From NCBI RefSeq assembly GCF_009914755.1, contig NC_060932.1: a stretch of 64,000 nt of DNA. One strand, given 5' to 3'. Every line of letters starts with the position of its first letter. Within the stretch, counting starts at the first letter, position 1. The position numbers and the translations under genes are program-made. Below, piece after piece: positions 63,115 to 64,000 of this stretch. The notes under the pieces were generated by a model. That model saw nothing but the letters and a program-made list of their open reading frames with translations. It made no database searches and had not been told where the DNA came from. Source of the DNA: the human T2T-CHM13v2.0 reference genome, Homo sapiens.

Positions 63115-64000
63115 GTGTTTTTTTAAATTTTAGGGCAGCATTAGGTTTATAGCAAAATTGAGAGGAAGGTATACAGATTTCCCATATGTCTTCCTACCCC
63201 AACACATTCATAGCCTCTCCCATTATCAACCTCCTCCACCAAACTGGTATGTTTGTTACAACTGATGAACCTACTTTGACACATCATAATCACCCATGGT
63301 CCATAGTTTACATTGGGGCTCACTCTTGGTGTCAAACATTCATTGGATTTGGACAAATTGATAATGACATGTATCCATCATTATATTATCATGCAGAATA
63401 TTTCCACTACCTTAAAAATTCATCTTTCCCTTTCTCCTAACCCCTGGCAATTATTGATCTTCTTACTGTCTCCATAGTTTTGCCTTTTCCAGAATGTCAC
63501 ATAGTTGGAATCATACAGTTTGTAGCCTTTCAGATAGGCATCTTTCACTTAGTAATATGCTTTGTCTTTTCATGGTTTGATAGCTCATTTATTTTTAGTG
63601 CTGAATAATATTCCATTGTCTGGATATACCACAGTTTGTTTATTGATTCATCTGCTGAAGGACATCTTGGTTGCTTCTGAGTTTTGGCAATTATAAATAA
63701 AGCTGCTATAAACATCTGTGTGCAGGTTTTTGTGTGGACATGTTTTCAACTCCTTTTCGCAAACGCCAACCAGCACAATTGCTGGATCGTATGCTAAGAG
63801 TATAGTTTTGTTAGAAAGTTCCAAAACGTCTGTACCATTTTGCATTCCCACCAGCAATGAATGAGAGTTCCTGTTGAATGAGAGTTCCTGTTGTTCCACA
63901 TCTTGCCAGCATTTGGTGTTGTCAGTGTTCTGACCATTCCAATAGGTGTATAGTGGTATCTTGTTGTTTTTATTTGCATTTCCCTGATGACATATGAGGT
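63115..64000 (-). mobile_element. L1MC1-like 3' end
   Basis: gcaaaattgagaggaaggta...gatgaacctac.ttgacacatcat; MQIKTTRYHYTP on minus strand; contains a 17-bp tandem duplication at 63859-63892. Confidence 0.88.

Overview
Primate (human-like) genomic DNA, AT-rich and repeat-dense. The window lies entirely inside the + strand gene RIMS2 (RIM2, presynaptic active-zone scaffold). I traced 12 GT-AG coding exons with consistent phases; they encode the pre-PDZ linker, the PDZ domain, the C2A domain and the start of the post-C2A linker. They include a mutually exclusive pair (9723-9790 / 9910-10118) and a 48-nt cassette exon (27422-27469). The introns hold many Alus (several nested), MIR/L2, MER5 and Tigger3 DNA transposons, MLT/MST LTRs, a complete THE1 provirus, and a ~14-kb stack of sense-strand L1s including a full-length dead L1PA7-like copy. 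Most ORF-track entries are repeat-derived or chance ORFs. I see no new multi-gene system. The best leads are: a candidate unannotated 69-nt cassette exon; a cluster of four ACTAAC motifs inserted in an Alu monomer that forms a cryptic 3' splice site; an L1 insertion with a ~1.27-kb deletion of its host; and a 39-bp inverted duplication abutting a tail-less L1 fragment, which looks like a DNA-repair scar. Repeat subfamily names come from recalled consensus features, and the boundaries of old repeats are approximate.
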